Origin: an uncultured Acidobacteriota bacterium | GTDB lineage: Bacteria > Acidobacteriota > UBA6911 | Direction: 5' to 3' | Assembly (NCBI GenBank): GCA_963843575.1 | Contig: CAWJKZ010000014.1 | Span: 864,001 to 928,000, forward strand | Length of the DNA: 64,000 nucleotides | In this document: positions 22,357-35,635 of the stretch, piece after piece | Layout of the letters: every line of letters starts with the position of its first letter | Numbering within the stretch: the stretch's first letter is position 1 | Program-made: the position numbers and the translations under genes | Notes under the pieces: generated by a model | Told to the model about the DNA's origin: nothing | The model's database searches: none | Seen by the model: the letters and a program-made list of their open reading frames with translations, nothing else

Positions 22357-23738
22357 TGGCGAAGAATTGTGGAGTAACCAGTACCCTGGGGCGCGCACCC
22401 GGGCGTCGCCTCAGGGTTGGCCGAGCGCCAGGAAATATCCCGGTTGGCGCAGCCGCGCTGGCGCTTGTGGTTCTGGCGCTGAACTCGGCATGCTTCTTCC
22501 GGAAGCACAAGGTGGAAGTGCCCCAGACGCGGTCGCCGATCCGCATCGCCCTGCTCCCCGGGAACGTGCCGGCCGGCAGCGACGAACTGCAATGGCTCGC
22601 GACCGCCACCCCGCTGCTGATGGCCCAGGCCACGGAGGACTCTCCGGACATCGAAGTGGTCCCACTGTGGGAGTCGATGCCGATCACCATTGAAACCGTG
22701 GGCGAATCCCGAACCATCACGGAGGAAAACGCCGCATACGTGGCGAGCCGGCTCAGTGCCCGATGGGCCACGCTCTGCAGCGTCTCGCCGGACAAGGCCG
22801 GAGCCGCGCTGCTGCTCGACTTCATCCCGGCGAAGCCGACCCTCGTCCCATTCAGGTACGAGAAGAAAGTGGCCGTGTCCGGACTGAACAGCTCCTTCCG
22901 GGAAGCGTTCAATCAGTTCCTGCGTTACCTCGTGGCAGAACCCCTCGCGGAGAAGAAGCTCCCCGACCCGGCTTCCCTGCGCCCCGTGGCCGAGGCGTTC
23001 AACCGGGAGTACGGCTGGTCCGTGGCCGCCGAGCCGGGCAAGTCCGAGGCCGTCGTGATCGGCTTCGCACGCTCGAACCAGGCTATCGCAGAGTTGATTT
23101 TCAACCCGAACCTCTACCCCGGCATCGGGGCCAGACCCGCGGCGAAACCCGCTCCCCAGGCCGCCCCGGCCCCGACGAGCGCTCCGCCCGGCCCCGCGGC
23201 AGCCGCGGCTTCCGAACCTCCGCCTCGTGTCTCGGCAGCCCAGGCCTCGTCACCGCCGGCGGCGCAGGCAGCCTCCGCCCCGGAACGCAACCTCGAACAG
23301 GACGAGGACGTCTTCGTGCCCCCACCGAAATCCTTCACCCAGCGGATCTCCTTGACCACTCGACCGGCGCCGGCCCCGCCTCCCTCGCCCAGCCCGCCAG
23401 CTCGGGCCCGCGATTCAGGCCGCAACGAAGGTTCAGGCCCGGTAGCGAACAAGACGTCGCCCCCGCCCCTCCCCGACGGGTTTCAGGTACAGGTGGTGGC
23501 GACCAGGAGCAGGGCCCAAGCTGAGGGCCTGGCGGAGAAACTGAAGAAAACCGGGCTGAGCCCGAGGGTAGAGCCAATCGAGATGCGGGACAAAGGCATG
23601 TGGTTTCGCGTACGTCTGCACGGCTTCAAATCCCGTGGGACAGCGACCGCGGCCGGCGACAAACTCGTCGCCGAGGGCTTGATCGCCCAGTATTGGATTG
23701 CACGCTCCACCACCGCACCGACTACCCCACAGCAGTAA
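22357..23738 (+). CDS. SPOR domain protein, probable lipoprotein with Pro/Ala linker
   Basis: C-terminal FQVQVVA..WFRVRLHGF..A..L; LNSAC lipobox-like; start uncertain (ORF open from 22215). Confidence 0.75.
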
Positions 23739-23755
23739 CCGCCGGCAGAGCCCGT

Positions 23756-24082
23756 TCAAATCTCGGCCCACTTCCCTTCGCCTTCCCAGACCCTCACCGA
23801 AAACGGAAACACGATACTCCCTTTCAGCCGCCCGTGGATGAGTTCGCAGATGTTCTCAACCGAGGGGTACTCCAGGAAGTCGTTCAGCGACCGGTGATCA
23901 TACGTCCCGAGCGTTTCGCGCAGGACCTTCCGCAACTCCGCGAAATCGACCACCATCCCTCCCTTGTTCTCGCCTTCGATGACCACCTCCACCTTGTATG
24001 TGTGACCGTGAACCGTGCCGCACCTCGCGTGACCGGGCAGGAAGTGCGCGCAATCCATGTACTCCATTATCCCGAGCCTCAT
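23756..24082 (-). CDS. queD: 6-carboxy-5,6,7,8-tetrahydropterin synthase
   Basis: AHFL, CGTVHGHTY, GMVVDF, DHRSLN, PSVEN. Confidence 0.9.
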   Translation of the reverse strand: MRLGIMEYMDCAHFLPGHARCGTVHGHTYKVEVVIEGENKGGMVVDFAELRKVLRETLGTYDHRSLNDFLEYPSVENICELIHGRLKGSIVFPFSVRVWEGEGKWAEI

Positions 24083-24275
24083 CCGCCCTCCCCCGTCGGC
24101 AGCGACTGTCCGGTTTGTGACCTTACGGCAATCGCTGGAAAGAATCAAGATTCGCCCCGGGGCGCAACCGCGGCCCGGCACTCAGAGCAGCCTGAACAGG
24201 CGCATTGCTCCGGGAGCCGGCGGCTTTGCGACGCGGGCGAGATCGCTTGATCACAACCCGGAGGTCCCGAGGTCC

Positions 24276-24654
24276 CTGCGATTCAGACACTGGGGATCCT
24301 GCAAACTTCCTGGAACGCGGATTCTCGCGGATTTGCGTTGTAGCTCGGCTTAGGGCTCGCGCCATTAATGTGAACTCATTCTTGCGCGAATCCTAAGTTT
24401 CGCTTTGTTCCGTGTGCAAAGCTCGACGGGGCGCTCTGGATGTGGTTCTCCGGGGTGGGCTTGCGGCAAACGCTCTCGTGCCAGGCCGGACCCGCGCTCC
24501 GAGCTCCAGTGCGCTTGCCGCAAGCCCACCCCGGAGAACCAACCGGCGCTTTGCGCCGGCCGCCGTGCGGCATCCAGGGCGCCCCGTCGAGCTTTGCCAG
24601 CGTTCGTCCGCGTCCGAGGGATTTTGAGTCGCCTGCGCACTGTCTGAATCGCAG
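24276..24654. mobile_element. 379-bp nested palindromic non-autonomous element
   Basis: Perfect 14-bp terminal IR CTGCGATTCAGACA / TGTCTGAATCGCAG; 11-bp flanking direct repeat (10/11); internal 27-bp and 26-bp inverted repeats. Confidence 0.72.
24349..24397. repeat. Minimal copy of a family B end
   Basis: CTTAGGGCTCGCGC..AATGTGAACTCATTCTTGCGCGAATCCTAAG matches the ends of 12727-12966. Confidence 0.75.
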
Positions 24655-24674
24655 CCCCGAGGTCCCCCCGATTC

Positions 24675-24704
24675 TTGACAGATCCGGTGGTGCTCTGTTA
24701 CATT
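24675..24704 (+). promoter_or_regulatory. sigma70 promoter for tRNA-Leu/tig-clp operon
   Basis: TTGACA-18-TACATT with upstream TG. Confidence 0.65.
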
Positions 24705-24818
24705 CGGATTTTGTTTTGCGGACATCGCTCCGAGTATATCCTCGCTCACTCTACTTCCCGCCTAACCCGGTTCAGCTGTCCCGGACTACCCGGAATAGAG
24801 CCCCGAGGTCGGACTGCT

Positions 24819-24903
24819 GCGAAAGTGGCGGAATTGGCAGACGCGCTGGACTTAGGATCCAGTCCCGCAAGGGGTGGGGGTTCAACTCCCCCCTTTCGCA
24901 CCA
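24819..24903 (+). tRNA. tRNA-Leu (anticodon TAG)
   Basis: Acceptor GCGAAAG/CTTTCGC+A-CCA; D arm GGCGGAATTGGCAGACGC; anticodon arm CTGGA-CTTAGGA-TCCAG; long variable arm; T arm GGGGG-TTCAACT-CCCCC. Confidence 0.97.
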
Positions 24904-24993
24904 TCGAGCCTCCGCAGGACGCCTGGGAGCGCGACGGCAGACCGCCCGGGAGTCGTAGGACGCGGCGGAAATCCTGAAAGGAACAGGATCACT

Positions 24994-26265
24994 TTGAGCA
25001 TCGAAATAGTAGACGTCAGCCAGTGCAAGCGGAATCTCGTGGTGGAAGTGCCGGCAGAGCAGGTCGACCAGGAAATCGACAAGCTCGCCCACGACTACGC
25101 CCGCAAGGTGAAGGTTCCCGGCTTCAGGCCGGGCAAGGTGCCGCTGAACATCGTCAAGCAGCGCTTCGGTTCCGAGTTGCGGAACGACGCCACCCAGGAC
25201 CTGATCCAGCGCTATTGGAAGAACGCCCTTTCGGAGCACAGCCTCGAACCCCTCGACGAACCCGTCATCGAGGACGTCAAGGGCGAGCCGGGCGAGCCGC
25301 TGCGGTTCACCGTCTCGTTCGAGATCCTTCCCAAGCTGGAGATCAAGGATTACAAGGGTGTCGGCGTCGCATCGCCCGCGGCCGAGGTGTCCGACGCGGA
25401 CGTCGACAAAGCCGTGGAGGAACTCCGGGAGCAGCACGCCGAGTATGTCCCGGTCGAGGACCGTGAGGTGCGCGATCACGACTTCGTCAACCTCCTGGTG
25501 GACGGGGAGTTCGAGGGCGGCGGCAAGCCGATTCACGAGGACGACGTAAGTTGCGTCGTGGGCGACCCCGAAACCAACGAGACCTTCTCCGAGAATCTCC
25601 GGGGGGGACGTACCGGGGAGACGCGGACCTTCGCGGTGAGCTACCCTGCCGACTACCACCGGAAGCGGTTCGCTGGCAAGACGGTCCGGTATGAAATTAA
25701 AATCAAGGAAATAAAGGAGAAACACCGTTCGGAACTGGAGGACTTCGCGAAGGATGTCGGGGCCGCCTCCATCGAAGAACTCAGGACCCGGGTCCGGGAC
25801 GATTTGGTAACGAAGGCCAAGAGAACTGCCGAAATGAACGCCAGGGAAGCGGTGCTGGACGAGGTCGTCAAACGCAACCCGTTGGACGTGCCGGAGTGCC
25901 TCGTGCAGGACCGACTCCAGGAACGCGCCCGGCGCGTGGCTGCGAACCTTGCCCACCAGGGAATCGACATCAATAAGACGTCGTTTGACTGGGGCAAGCT
26001 ATTCGAGCAGGAACGCCCCCGCGCCGAGCAGGCGGTGCGGCGCTCGATCGTGCTTGAGGCCGTCGCCCGGCAGGAGGGCTTGGAAGTGACCGAAGTAGAA
26101 CTCGAAAGCGAGTTCCAGAAACTCGCCGACGCGAGCGGGAAATCGGTTGCGGCGGTTCGGGCGCAATTCGACAAGGACAAGCGAATTCAGGGATTTACGG
26201 AACATCTGAGGAACAATAAGACGCTTGATTTCATATATCGCAATGCTACTATTAGCGGGGGGTGA
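24994..26265 (+). CDS. tig: Trigger factor
   Basis: VPGFRPGKVP ribosome-binding motif; TTG start after AGGA. Confidence 0.96.
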   Translation: MSIEIVDVSQCKRNLVVEVPAEQVDQEIDKLAHDYARKVKVPGFRPGKVPLNIVKQRFGSELRNDATQDLIQRYWKNALSEHSLEPLDEPVIEDVKGEPGEPLRFTVSFEILPKLEIKDYKGVGVASPAAEVSDADVDKAVEELREQHAEYVPVEDREVRDHDFVNLLVDGEFEGGGKPIHEDDVSCVVGDPETNETFSENLRGGRTGETRTFAVSYPADYHRKRFAGKTVRYEIKIKEIKEKHRSELEDFAKDVGAASIEELRTRVRDDLVTKAKRTAEMNAREAVLDEVVKRNPLDVPECLVQDRLQERARRVAANLAHQGIDINKTSFDWGKLFEQERPRAEQAVRRSIVLEAVARQEGLEVTEVELESEFQKLADASGKSVAAVRAQFDKDKRIQGFTEHLRNNKTLDFIYRNATISGG

Positions 26266-26271
26266 CGAGCT

Positions 26272-26859
26272 TTGGCACTTATACCCATGGTTGTCGAGCA
26301 AACGAATCGCGGCGAACGCGCGTACGACATCTACTCGCGCCTGCTTAAGGACAACATAATATTCCTCGGGACCCCAATCGACGATAACGTGGCGAATGTC
26401 GTAACAGCCCAGCTCCTGTTCCTCGAAGCCGAAGACCCCGACAAGGACATCTCCCTTTACATCAATTCGCCCGGCGGTTCGATCTCGGCCGGCATGGCCA
26501 TCTACGACACCATGCAGTTCATCCGGCCGGACGTCACGACCATCTGTGTAGGTCAGGCCGCCAGCATGGGTGCTCTCCTCCTCGCCGCGGGCGCTCCCGG
26601 CAAACGTTTTGCCCTGCCGAACTCAAGGATCTTGATCCATCAGCCGTCGGTGAGCGGCTTGGCAGGTCAGGCTACCGACATCGACATCCACGCAAGGGAA
26701 ATCCTGAGACTGCGCGAGTCGATGAACCAGATCCTGGCCCGGCACACCAGCCAGTCCGTTGAACGTATCCAGAAGGATGTAGAACGTGACTACATCATGA
26801 CCGCGGATCAGGCCAAGCAGTATGGTATCGTGGATCAGGTCATCTCCAAGAAAGAGTAG
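26272..26859 (+). CDS. clpP: ATP-dependent Clp protease proteolytic subunit
   Basis: [28 protein letters not shown]. Confidence 0.98.
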   Translation: MALIPMVVEQTNRGERAYDIYSRLLKDNIIFLGTPIDDNVANVVTAQLLFLEAEDPDKDISLYINSPGGSISAGMAIYDTMQFIRPDVTTICVGQAASMGALLLAAGAPGKRFALPNSRILIHQPSVSGLAGQATDIDIHAREILRLRESMNQILARHTSQSVERIQKDVERDYIMTADQAKQYGIVDQVISKKE

Positions 26860-26888
26860 TCCGCCTCCCGCGGATTTGGAGGATTCCG

Positions 26889-28133
26889 TTGAGAAAAGAC
26901 GACGAGCGCGATGATATTTTGAGGTGTTCGTTCTGCTCGAAAAGCCAGAACGACGTCAAAAAGCTCATCGCAGGGCCGACCGTATACATCTGCGACGAGT
27001 GCGTGGACGTCTGCAACGAGATCATCGCCGACGACGTGGTGACCTCGCCCATCGGCGAGAAGCTCCCCAAGCCCCAGGAAATAAAGGAGTTCTTGGATCT
27101 CTATGTCATCGGCCAGGAAACGACCAAGAAGAAGCTGGCGGTGGCGGTCTACAACCATTACAAGCGCCTCGAGATCAGCAAGAAGCGCGGCGACCTCGAA
27201 CTGCAGAAGAGCAACGTCCTGCTCATCGGGCCTACCGGAACGGGCAAGACCCTCCTCGCCCAGACCCTGGCCAAGATGTTGTCCGTACCCTTCGCCATCG
27301 TGGACGCCACGACCTTGACCGAGGCCGGCTACGTCGGCGAGGATGTCGAAAACATCATCCTCAAGCTCCTGCAGAACGCCGGTGGCGACAAGGAAAAATG
27401 CCAGCAGGGGATCGTCTACATCGACGAGATCGACAAGATCGCACGCAAGGATGAGAACCCCTCGATCACGCGCGACGTTTCCGGGGAAGGGGTGCAGCAG
27501 GCGCTCCTGAAGATCCTCGAGGGAACCGTAGCCAACGTCCCGCCTCAGGGGGGCCGCAAGCACCCACACCAGGAGTTTATCCAGATCGACACCACGAACA
27601 TCCTGTTCGTGTGCGGCGGGGCGTTCGTCGGCCTCGATAAGATCATCGAGCGCCGTGTAGGCAAGAAGAGCCTCGGATTTCTGTCCGGCGACAAGGACTC
27701 CAAGAAGAAGTCCAAGACCTCGGTCCCGGCCAACATCCTCGAGGTGACACAACCGCGCGACCTCATCAAGTTCGGCCTGATCCCGGAATTCGTGGGCCGC
27801 CTTCCGGTGATCGGCTCCCTCTCTGAGCTGGACCACGCCGCGCTGGTCGACATCCTCACCAAACCCAAGAATGCCCTGGTGCGCCAGTACCAGAAACTTT
27901 TCGAGTTCGAGAACGTCAAACTCAAATTCACCGACGACGCGATCGGGGGCGTAGCGAGCCTGGCTCTGGAACGCAAAATGGGGGCCCGGGGGTTGAAAAT
28001 CATCCTCGAAGATCTTATGTTGGATGTCATGTACCAACTCCCCTCCCAAAAGAAGGTGAAGGAGTTTGTCATTACGCGAGAGATGGTCGAGAACAAAGAG
28101 ATCGTCTTCGCATTACTGGAAAAGGCTGGTTAA
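26889..28133 (+). CDS. clpX: Clp protease ATP-binding subunit ClpX
   Basis: CSFC..ICDEC zinc finger, [22 protein letters not shown] loop. Confidence 0.98.
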   Translation: MRKDDERDDILRCSFCSKSQNDVKKLIAGPTVYICDECVDVCNEIIADDVVTSPIGEKLPKPQEIKEFLDLYVIGQETTKKKLAVAVYNHYKRLEISKKRGDLELQKSNVLLIGPTGTGKTLLAQTLAKMLSVPFAIVDATTLTEAGYVGEDVENIILKLLQNAGGDKEKCQQGIVYIDEIDKIARKDENPSITRDVSGEGVQQALLKILEGTVANVPPQGGRKHPHQEFIQIDTTNILFVCGGAFVGLDKIIERRVGKKSLGFLSGDKDSKKKSKTSVPANILEVTQPRDLIKFGLIPEFVGRLPVIGSLSELDHAALVDILTKPKNALVRQYQKLFEFENVKLKFTDDAIGGVASLALERKMGARGLKIILEDLMLDVMYQLPSQKKVKEFVITREMVENKEIVFALLEKAG

Positions 28134-28141
28134 TCTACCGA

Positions 28142-30538
28142 ATGCCAAACGAAGAATCCCCTCGAAAAGTCGAACGGCTGCCGATGATCCCCATACGGGA
28201 CGTGGTGGTATTCCCCCACATGATGATCCCGTTCGTAATCGGCAGGCCCTCTTCCGTGCGGGCGCTGGAGTTTGCCCTTGAAGGGTCGAAGCGGGTGTTT
28301 CTCGCGACCCAGATGGATGCGTCCGTCGATGAGCCGAAGGCCAAGGACATATACACGGTCGGGACCGTAGCCAACATCGTCCAGAGCGTCAAACTGACCG
28401 ACGGAAATATCAAGGTCCTGGTCGAGGGGATTCAGCGGGTACGTGCGCTGCGTTTCGCCAACGAACCCGGCTTCTTTGTGGCCGACGTGGAACTGCTGGA
28501 GGAAAGCTCCGTCGCGAGCGCGCGCACCAACCTGCTCGTCAAACGCCTGCAGTCGGTCTTCGAGCAGTTCTCGAAGCTGAGCCACCACGTCAATTACGAC
28601 GCGATTCTGAACGCGATGAAGACGTTGGAACCGTCGAAGCTCGCCGACAACATCTGCGCCAACCTGCCCGTCAGCATCGAGGAAAAACAGCAGCTGCTCG
28701 AAATGGTCGACCTGGCCGAGCGCATCGAGAAGATCAACGAGATCATCGAGGTCGAGATCGAAAAGATCAAAGTCGACCGCAACATCCAGGGGCGCGTGAA
28801 GCGTCAGATGGAGCGCGCTCAGAAAGAGTACTACCTGAACGAAAAGATGAAGGCGATCCAGAAAGAGCTGGGTCGCAAGGACGAGAAGACCGAACTCGAC
28901 GATTTGAAGAAGCAGGTCGAGGCGGCGAAGATGCCGAAGGACGCCCACGAGAAGGCGATCAAAGAGGTGCAGCGGCTCGAGATGATGCCGCCGATGTCGG
29001 CCGAGTCAACCGTGTCCCGCACCTATCTGGACTGGCTCCTGGTGATGCCATGGAACAAGAAGTCCCGGGAAATCAAGGACATGAAGTGGTCGATGAAGGT
29101 GCTCGAGGAAGACCACTACGGGCTCGAAAAGATCAAGGACCGCATCATCGAATTTCTGGCCGTCCGACGCCTGGTCAAGAAGCCCCAGGGCACCATCCTC
29201 TGCTTTGTCGGCCCTCCCGGGGTCGGGAAGACCTCGCTTGGGAAGTCGATCGCGCGGGCCACGGGCAGGAAATTCGTCCGGCTGTCGCTGGGCGGCGTGC
29301 GCGACGAGGCTGAGATCCGAGGGCACCGGAGGACGTATATCGGGGCGCTCCCCGGCCAGATCGTCCAGATGCTGAAAAAAGCCGGGACGCGCAACCCGGT
29401 CTTCATGCTCGACGAAGTGGACAAGATGAGCATGGATTTCCGGGGCGACCCGTCCGCGGCGCTGCTGGAGGTTCTCGACCCCGAGCAGAACCACATGTTC
29501 GTCGATCACTACCTCGACACCGAGTTCGACCTGTCGATGGTGATGTTCATCGCCACGGCCAATGTGCTCCACACCATCCCCAGACCGCTGCAGGACCGGA
29601 TGGAAGTGATCCAGCTGTCCGGCTACACCGAACTCGAGAAACTCGAGATCGCGAAGCGGTTCCTGGTCAAGAAACAACGGGAGGCCAACGGACTCCGGAA
29701 CAGCCAGATCGACTTCGGCGACGACGCCATCCTCGAGCTGATCCGGAAGTACACCCGTGAGTCGGGTGTCCGCAACCTCGAACGCGAGATCGCGAACATC
29801 TGCCGCAAGACCGCCAAGCAGATCGTCATCTCGCAGGTGCCGCAGGCGGACGTCACCCCGGAGCTGGTCGAGAAGTTCCTCGGCAAGCCGAGATTCCGTC
29901 AGCAGGGGGTCGAATCCAACCAGGTCGGGCTTGCGACCGGTCTTGCGTGGACCGAGGTGGGGGGAGAGGTCCTGCTCACCGAGGCCACCCTGATGGAAGG
30001 CAAGGGTCAGCTCACCATGACCGGGAAACTGGGCGAGGTCATGCAGGAGTCGGCGCGCGCCGCCATGTCCTACGTGCGCAGCCGAGCCGCGGCGTACGGC
30101 ATCGGGCGCGACTTCCACCGCAAGATGGACCTGCACATCCACATCCCGGAAGGCGCAATCCCGAAGGACGGGCCGTCGGCAGGAATCACCATGGCCACGA
30201 CCATCGTGTCGGCGCTCACCAAGATACCGGTGCGCAACGACGTCGCGATGACCGGGGAGATCACGCTGCGCGGGAAGGTGCTCCCGATCGGCGGAGTAAA
30301 GGAAAAACTGCTGGCCGCACACCGCGCCGGCATCAGGAATATCGTGCTCCCGAAGGAGAATGAGAAGGACCTCCAGGACATTCCACCCGAGATCCTGGAG
30401 TCGTTGAGTGTCACCCTGGTCGAAACGATGGACGATGTGCTGCGGGTAGCGCTGGAACGTCTACCCGTGCCGCTGGACCAGGTGTCGGAGATGGCCGACC
30501 TTAAGGGCAACCGCCCCAACGAGAACATCGCGCACTAA
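28142..30538 (+). CDS. lon: Lon protease
   Basis: [24 protein letters not shown]. Confidence 0.98.
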   Translation: MPNEESPRKVERLPMIPIRDVVVFPHMMIPFVIGRPSSVRALEFALEGSKRVFLATQMDASVDEPKAKDIYTVGTVANIVQSVKLTDGNIKVLVEGIQRVRALRFANEPGFFVADVELLEESSVASARTNLLVKRLQSVFEQFSKLSHHVNYDAILNAMKTLEPSKLADNICANLPVSIEEKQQLLEMVDLAERIEKINEIIEVEIEKIKVDRNIQGRVKRQMERAQKEYYLNEKMKAIQKELGRKDEKTELDDLKKQVEAAKMPKDAHEKAIKEVQRLEMMPPMSAESTVSRTYLDWLLVMPWNKKSREIKDMKWSMKVLEEDHYGLEKIKDRIIEFLAVRRLVKKPQGTILCFVGPPGVGKTSLGKSIARATGRKFVRLSLGGVRDEAEIRGHRRTYIGALPGQIVQMLKKAGTRNPVFMLDEVDKMSMDFRGDPSAALLEVLDPEQNHMFVDHYLDTEFDLSMVMFIATANVLHTIPRPLQDRMEVIQLSGYTELEKLEIAKRFLVKKQREANGLRNSQIDFGDDAILELIRKYTRESGVRNLEREIANICRKTAKQIVISQVPQADVTPELVEKFLGKPRFRQQGVESNQVGLATGLAWTEVGGEVLLTEATLMEGKGQLTMTGKLGEVMQESARAAMSYVRSRAAAYGIGRDFHRKMDLHIHIPEGAIPKDGPSAGITMATTIVSALTKIPVRNDVAMTGEITLRGKVLPIGGVKEKLLAAHRAGIRNIVLPKENEKDLQDIPPEILESLSVTLVETMDDVLRVALERLPVPLDQVSEMADLKGNRPNENIAH

Positions 30539-30601
30539 TCCAGCTCCTAACATGAGAAGGCGGGTCCGGCCTGGCTTGAGCGGGCAGCAGCAGCCAACCC
30601 G

Positions 30602-31228
30602 GTGATGGAACCGATGTCCAAGACCGGACACCGCGTTTTGGCCGATTTCGTAATCAGCGCAGTGTCGGAGCGCGACTTCCCGCGCGACGGCAGCCCCGAG
30701 ATCGTATTCGCGGGGAGGTCGAACGTGGGGAAATCGAGCCTGATAAACAGGCTTGCGGATCAAAAGAGCCTGGCCCGAACCAGCTCCACGCCGGGCAAGA
30801 CTCAGACGATTAACTTCTACCGGCTCAACGGTTCTTTTTACTTCGTCGATCTGCCGGGTTTCGGCTACGCGAAGGCCGGAAAGGCCGCCAGCCGGGAATG
30901 GAAGCGTGCAGTCGAGCAGTACTTTCGGAGCCGTGCGGTCATCGCCCTGGTCGTTCATCTCGTGGACGCGCGCCTCGCGCCAACACCCTTGGACCTGGAG
31001 CTGGCCGAGTGGCTGCAACACTTGGATATCCCGCGCATCACGGTGGGAACAAAGGCCGACAAGCTCTCGGGCAACGGCCGCGTCAACCAGATGCGCGTGA
31101 TATCCGCCACCCTTGGAGGGGAACCGGTGATCTTTTCCTCCGCCCTGACAGGGTTGGGTTGTACCGAGATCTGGCACCGGGTGGTCGAAGCCACCCACAG
31201 CAGGAATGTGTCCCCTGAATCCCCTTAA
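30602..31228 (+). CDS. engB: Ribosome biogenesis GTPase YihA/EngB
   Basis: [24 protein letters not shown]. Confidence 0.95.
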   Translation: MMEPMSKTGHRVLADFVISAVSERDFPRDGSPEIVFAGRSNVGKSSLINRLADQKSLARTSSTPGKTQTINFYRLNGSFYFVDLPGFGYAKAGKAASREWKRAVEQYFRSRAVIALVVHLVDARLAPTPLDLELAEWLQHLDIPRITVGTKADKLSGNGRVNQMRVISATLGGEPVIFSSALTGLGCTEIWHRVVEATHSRNVSPESP

Positions 31229-31260
31229 CCTACCGCAACTCGCCCATCTGGAGAGCAGTT

Positions 31261-32634
<1,374 letters not shown>

Positions 32635-32646
32635 AACCCGGGCTGA

Positions 32647-32853
32647 GTACTGATGTTCACAAATACGCCAACGTATTTTTCAGGACGCGGATGCGCGCGG
32701 ATCCCTACGGATCGACTTGGCGACGGGCCGCGGTTGATCCGCGTGAATCCGTTGGATCCGCGGAATCTGCGTCCTGTTTTGGCTTTTGTTTTTCATCGCC
32801 CGTGTTGTTCTGCGTGCTGAAAAATACGTCGTCGTACTTATGAGACTGTGTAC
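32647..32853. mobile_element. Non-autonomous inverted-repeat element, family A copy 2 (207 bp)
   Basis: ~37-bp imperfect terminal IRs (GTAC..ACGTATTTTTCAG), TGA on both flanks, internal GGACGCGGAT/ATCTGCGTCC stem; lies between convergent rho and tyrA. Confidence 0.78.
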
Positions 32854-32928
32854 TGAGGGTTCAGTGCGACGCCAGTAGACCCCCTGCGTTCGACTCGAAC
32901 GGGACTCGTTTCGCCCCCTGGCGGGTCG

Positions 32929-33771
32929 TCACGGGTTGCCGCGGGTCTGGCGGTAGATCCGTCCGGCGGCTTCGAAATCCTTGTCGATACCCCCGTCCCT
33001 CAACCGGCCGCGCATCGCCTCCAGAAGCCCGATGTACTCCGACAGCGCCGCCTCGACGCAATCGCGGTTGGTGTCCAGGATGCCGCTCCAGACGGAAAAG
33101 GGGCTGCCGGCGAGCCGGATCATGTCGCGGAAACCGGAGCCGGAGAGCCGGGCCGCGTCCGCCGTGCTGCCGGCGGCCAGCGCCGTCGACAGCAACTGCG
33201 GCAGGTGGCTGACCCAGGCGAGCGCACGGTCGTGTTCCTCCGCCGTCAGGACCGACGTGAGCGCCCCGATCCGGTCGAGCATCGCACGAAGCCGGTCAAC
33301 GCCCCCCGATTCGCGGCCGGGATGCGGGCACAGTATGTAGGGCGCCCCACGGAACAACCCGGGCAGGCTGTGTTCGACGCCGGCCACTTCCCTTCCGGCG
33401 ACCGGGTGGCCGCCGATGAATTCCACGCCTCGGGGCAGCCGCTGCCACGCCTTGGCGCATATGCGGCGCTTGGTGCTGCCCACGTCCGTCACGACGCTCC
33501 CGGCCGAGACGCTCTCTCCCAGCCGATCCAGCGCGGACAGGATGCTCTCGATCGGCATGGCCAGGACGACCAGGTCGCAACCGGACACGTCGGAGACGGA
33601 CAGCGAGCAGTCGTCGACGGCGCCGAGGCGCCTGGCGAGGTCGAGCCGCCCCCGGTCCCTGCCGACCCCGAGCACGTGTGGCCTGGGCTCGAGACCATGC
33701 AGCGCCAGACCGAGCGACCCCCCGATGAGACCCACCCCGACTATGGCGACTCTCTGAAAAGGCACCTCCAT
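32929..33771 (-). CDS. tyrA: Prephenate/arogenate dehydrogenase
   Basis: GVGLIGGS, DVGSTK, GGHPVAG, HD..SHLPQ, GFRDMIRLA. Confidence 0.92.
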   Translation of the reverse strand: MEVPFQRVAIVGVGLIGGSLGLALHGLEPRPHVLGVGRDRGRLDLARRLGAVDDCSLSVSDVSGCDLVVLAMPIESILSALDRLGESVSAGSVVTDVGSTKRRICAKAWQRLPRGVEFIGGHPVAGREVAGVEHSLPGLFRGAPYILCPHPGRESGGVDRLRAMLDRIGALTSVLTAEEHDRALAWVSHLPQLLSTALAAGSTADAARLSGSGFRDMIRLAGSPFSVWSGILDTNRDCVEAALSEYIGLLEAMRGRLRDGGIDKDFEAAGRIYRQTRGNP

Positions 33772-33784
33772 CGCTGAGCTCCTC

Positions 33785-34798
<1,014 letters not shown>

Positions 34799-35612
34799 TT
34801 AGGATTCCCTCCCTGTTCGAGGAGCCCCGGTCAGCCAGCGGCAATAGGCCCCGACCTGCGACACCAGATCCGGCGAGTCCCTCAATTCTTCGATGCGGGC
34901 GACGATGGCGCTTCCGACCACCGCCCCGTCCGCGACGTCCCAGACCGCCCGGACCTGCGCCGGGTGGGAAATGCCGAAACCCACGGCGATGGGCAGGTCG
35001 GTCCAACGGCGTACCCGTTCGATCGTCGGCGCCATCGTCGACGAAATCGCACCCTGGGCCCCGGTGACCCCCGCGCGCGCGACGACGTAGACAAAACCGC
35101 GCGCGCGCACGGCAGATGAGCTCCAGCCTGTCGTCGGCGCTCGTCGGCGCCGCGAGGAAGATGGGATCGAGCCCGTGCCGCTGCAGGCAGGCGCAGTATT
35201 CGTCCCCTTCTTCGGGGGTGAGGTCGGTCACCAGGAAGGCGTCCGCACCGGCGCCGGCGGCGTCGGCCGCAAGCCGCGCCACGCCATACTGCAGAATCGG
35301 GTTGAAGTAACTGAACAGCACGACCGGGATGCTGGTCTCCCGGCGGATGCGCCGCAGCCCCTCGAGGTAGTCCGAGAATCTGTAGCGATGGGCCAGGGCC
35401 CGTTCGGAGGCACGCTGAATCGTGGGGCCGTCCGCGACCGGGTCGGAGAACGGGATGCCCAGCTCGACTACGTGCGAACCCGACCGGGCCAGTTCCGGGA
35501 CCAGCCGGATCGTCGTTTCCAGATCCGGATCCCCGGCCGTAATGAAGGGGATAAAGGCCTTCCCCCCCTCAGCCCGGAGTCCGTCAAAAACCCTGCTGAT
35601 CGCCCCGCTCAT
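34799..35612 (-). CDS. trpA: Tryptophan synthase alpha chain (frameshift near 35105)
   Basis: FITAGDP, ELGIPFSDPVADGPTIQ, GVTG, VGFGI, DGAVVGSA. Confidence 0.93.
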
Positions 35613-35635
35613 GATACGCGCCTTTCTGGAAACGC

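Noticed and set aside
24083-24260. preQ1 riboswitch upstream of queD
   Set aside because: No matching stem-loop with A-rich tail recognisable.
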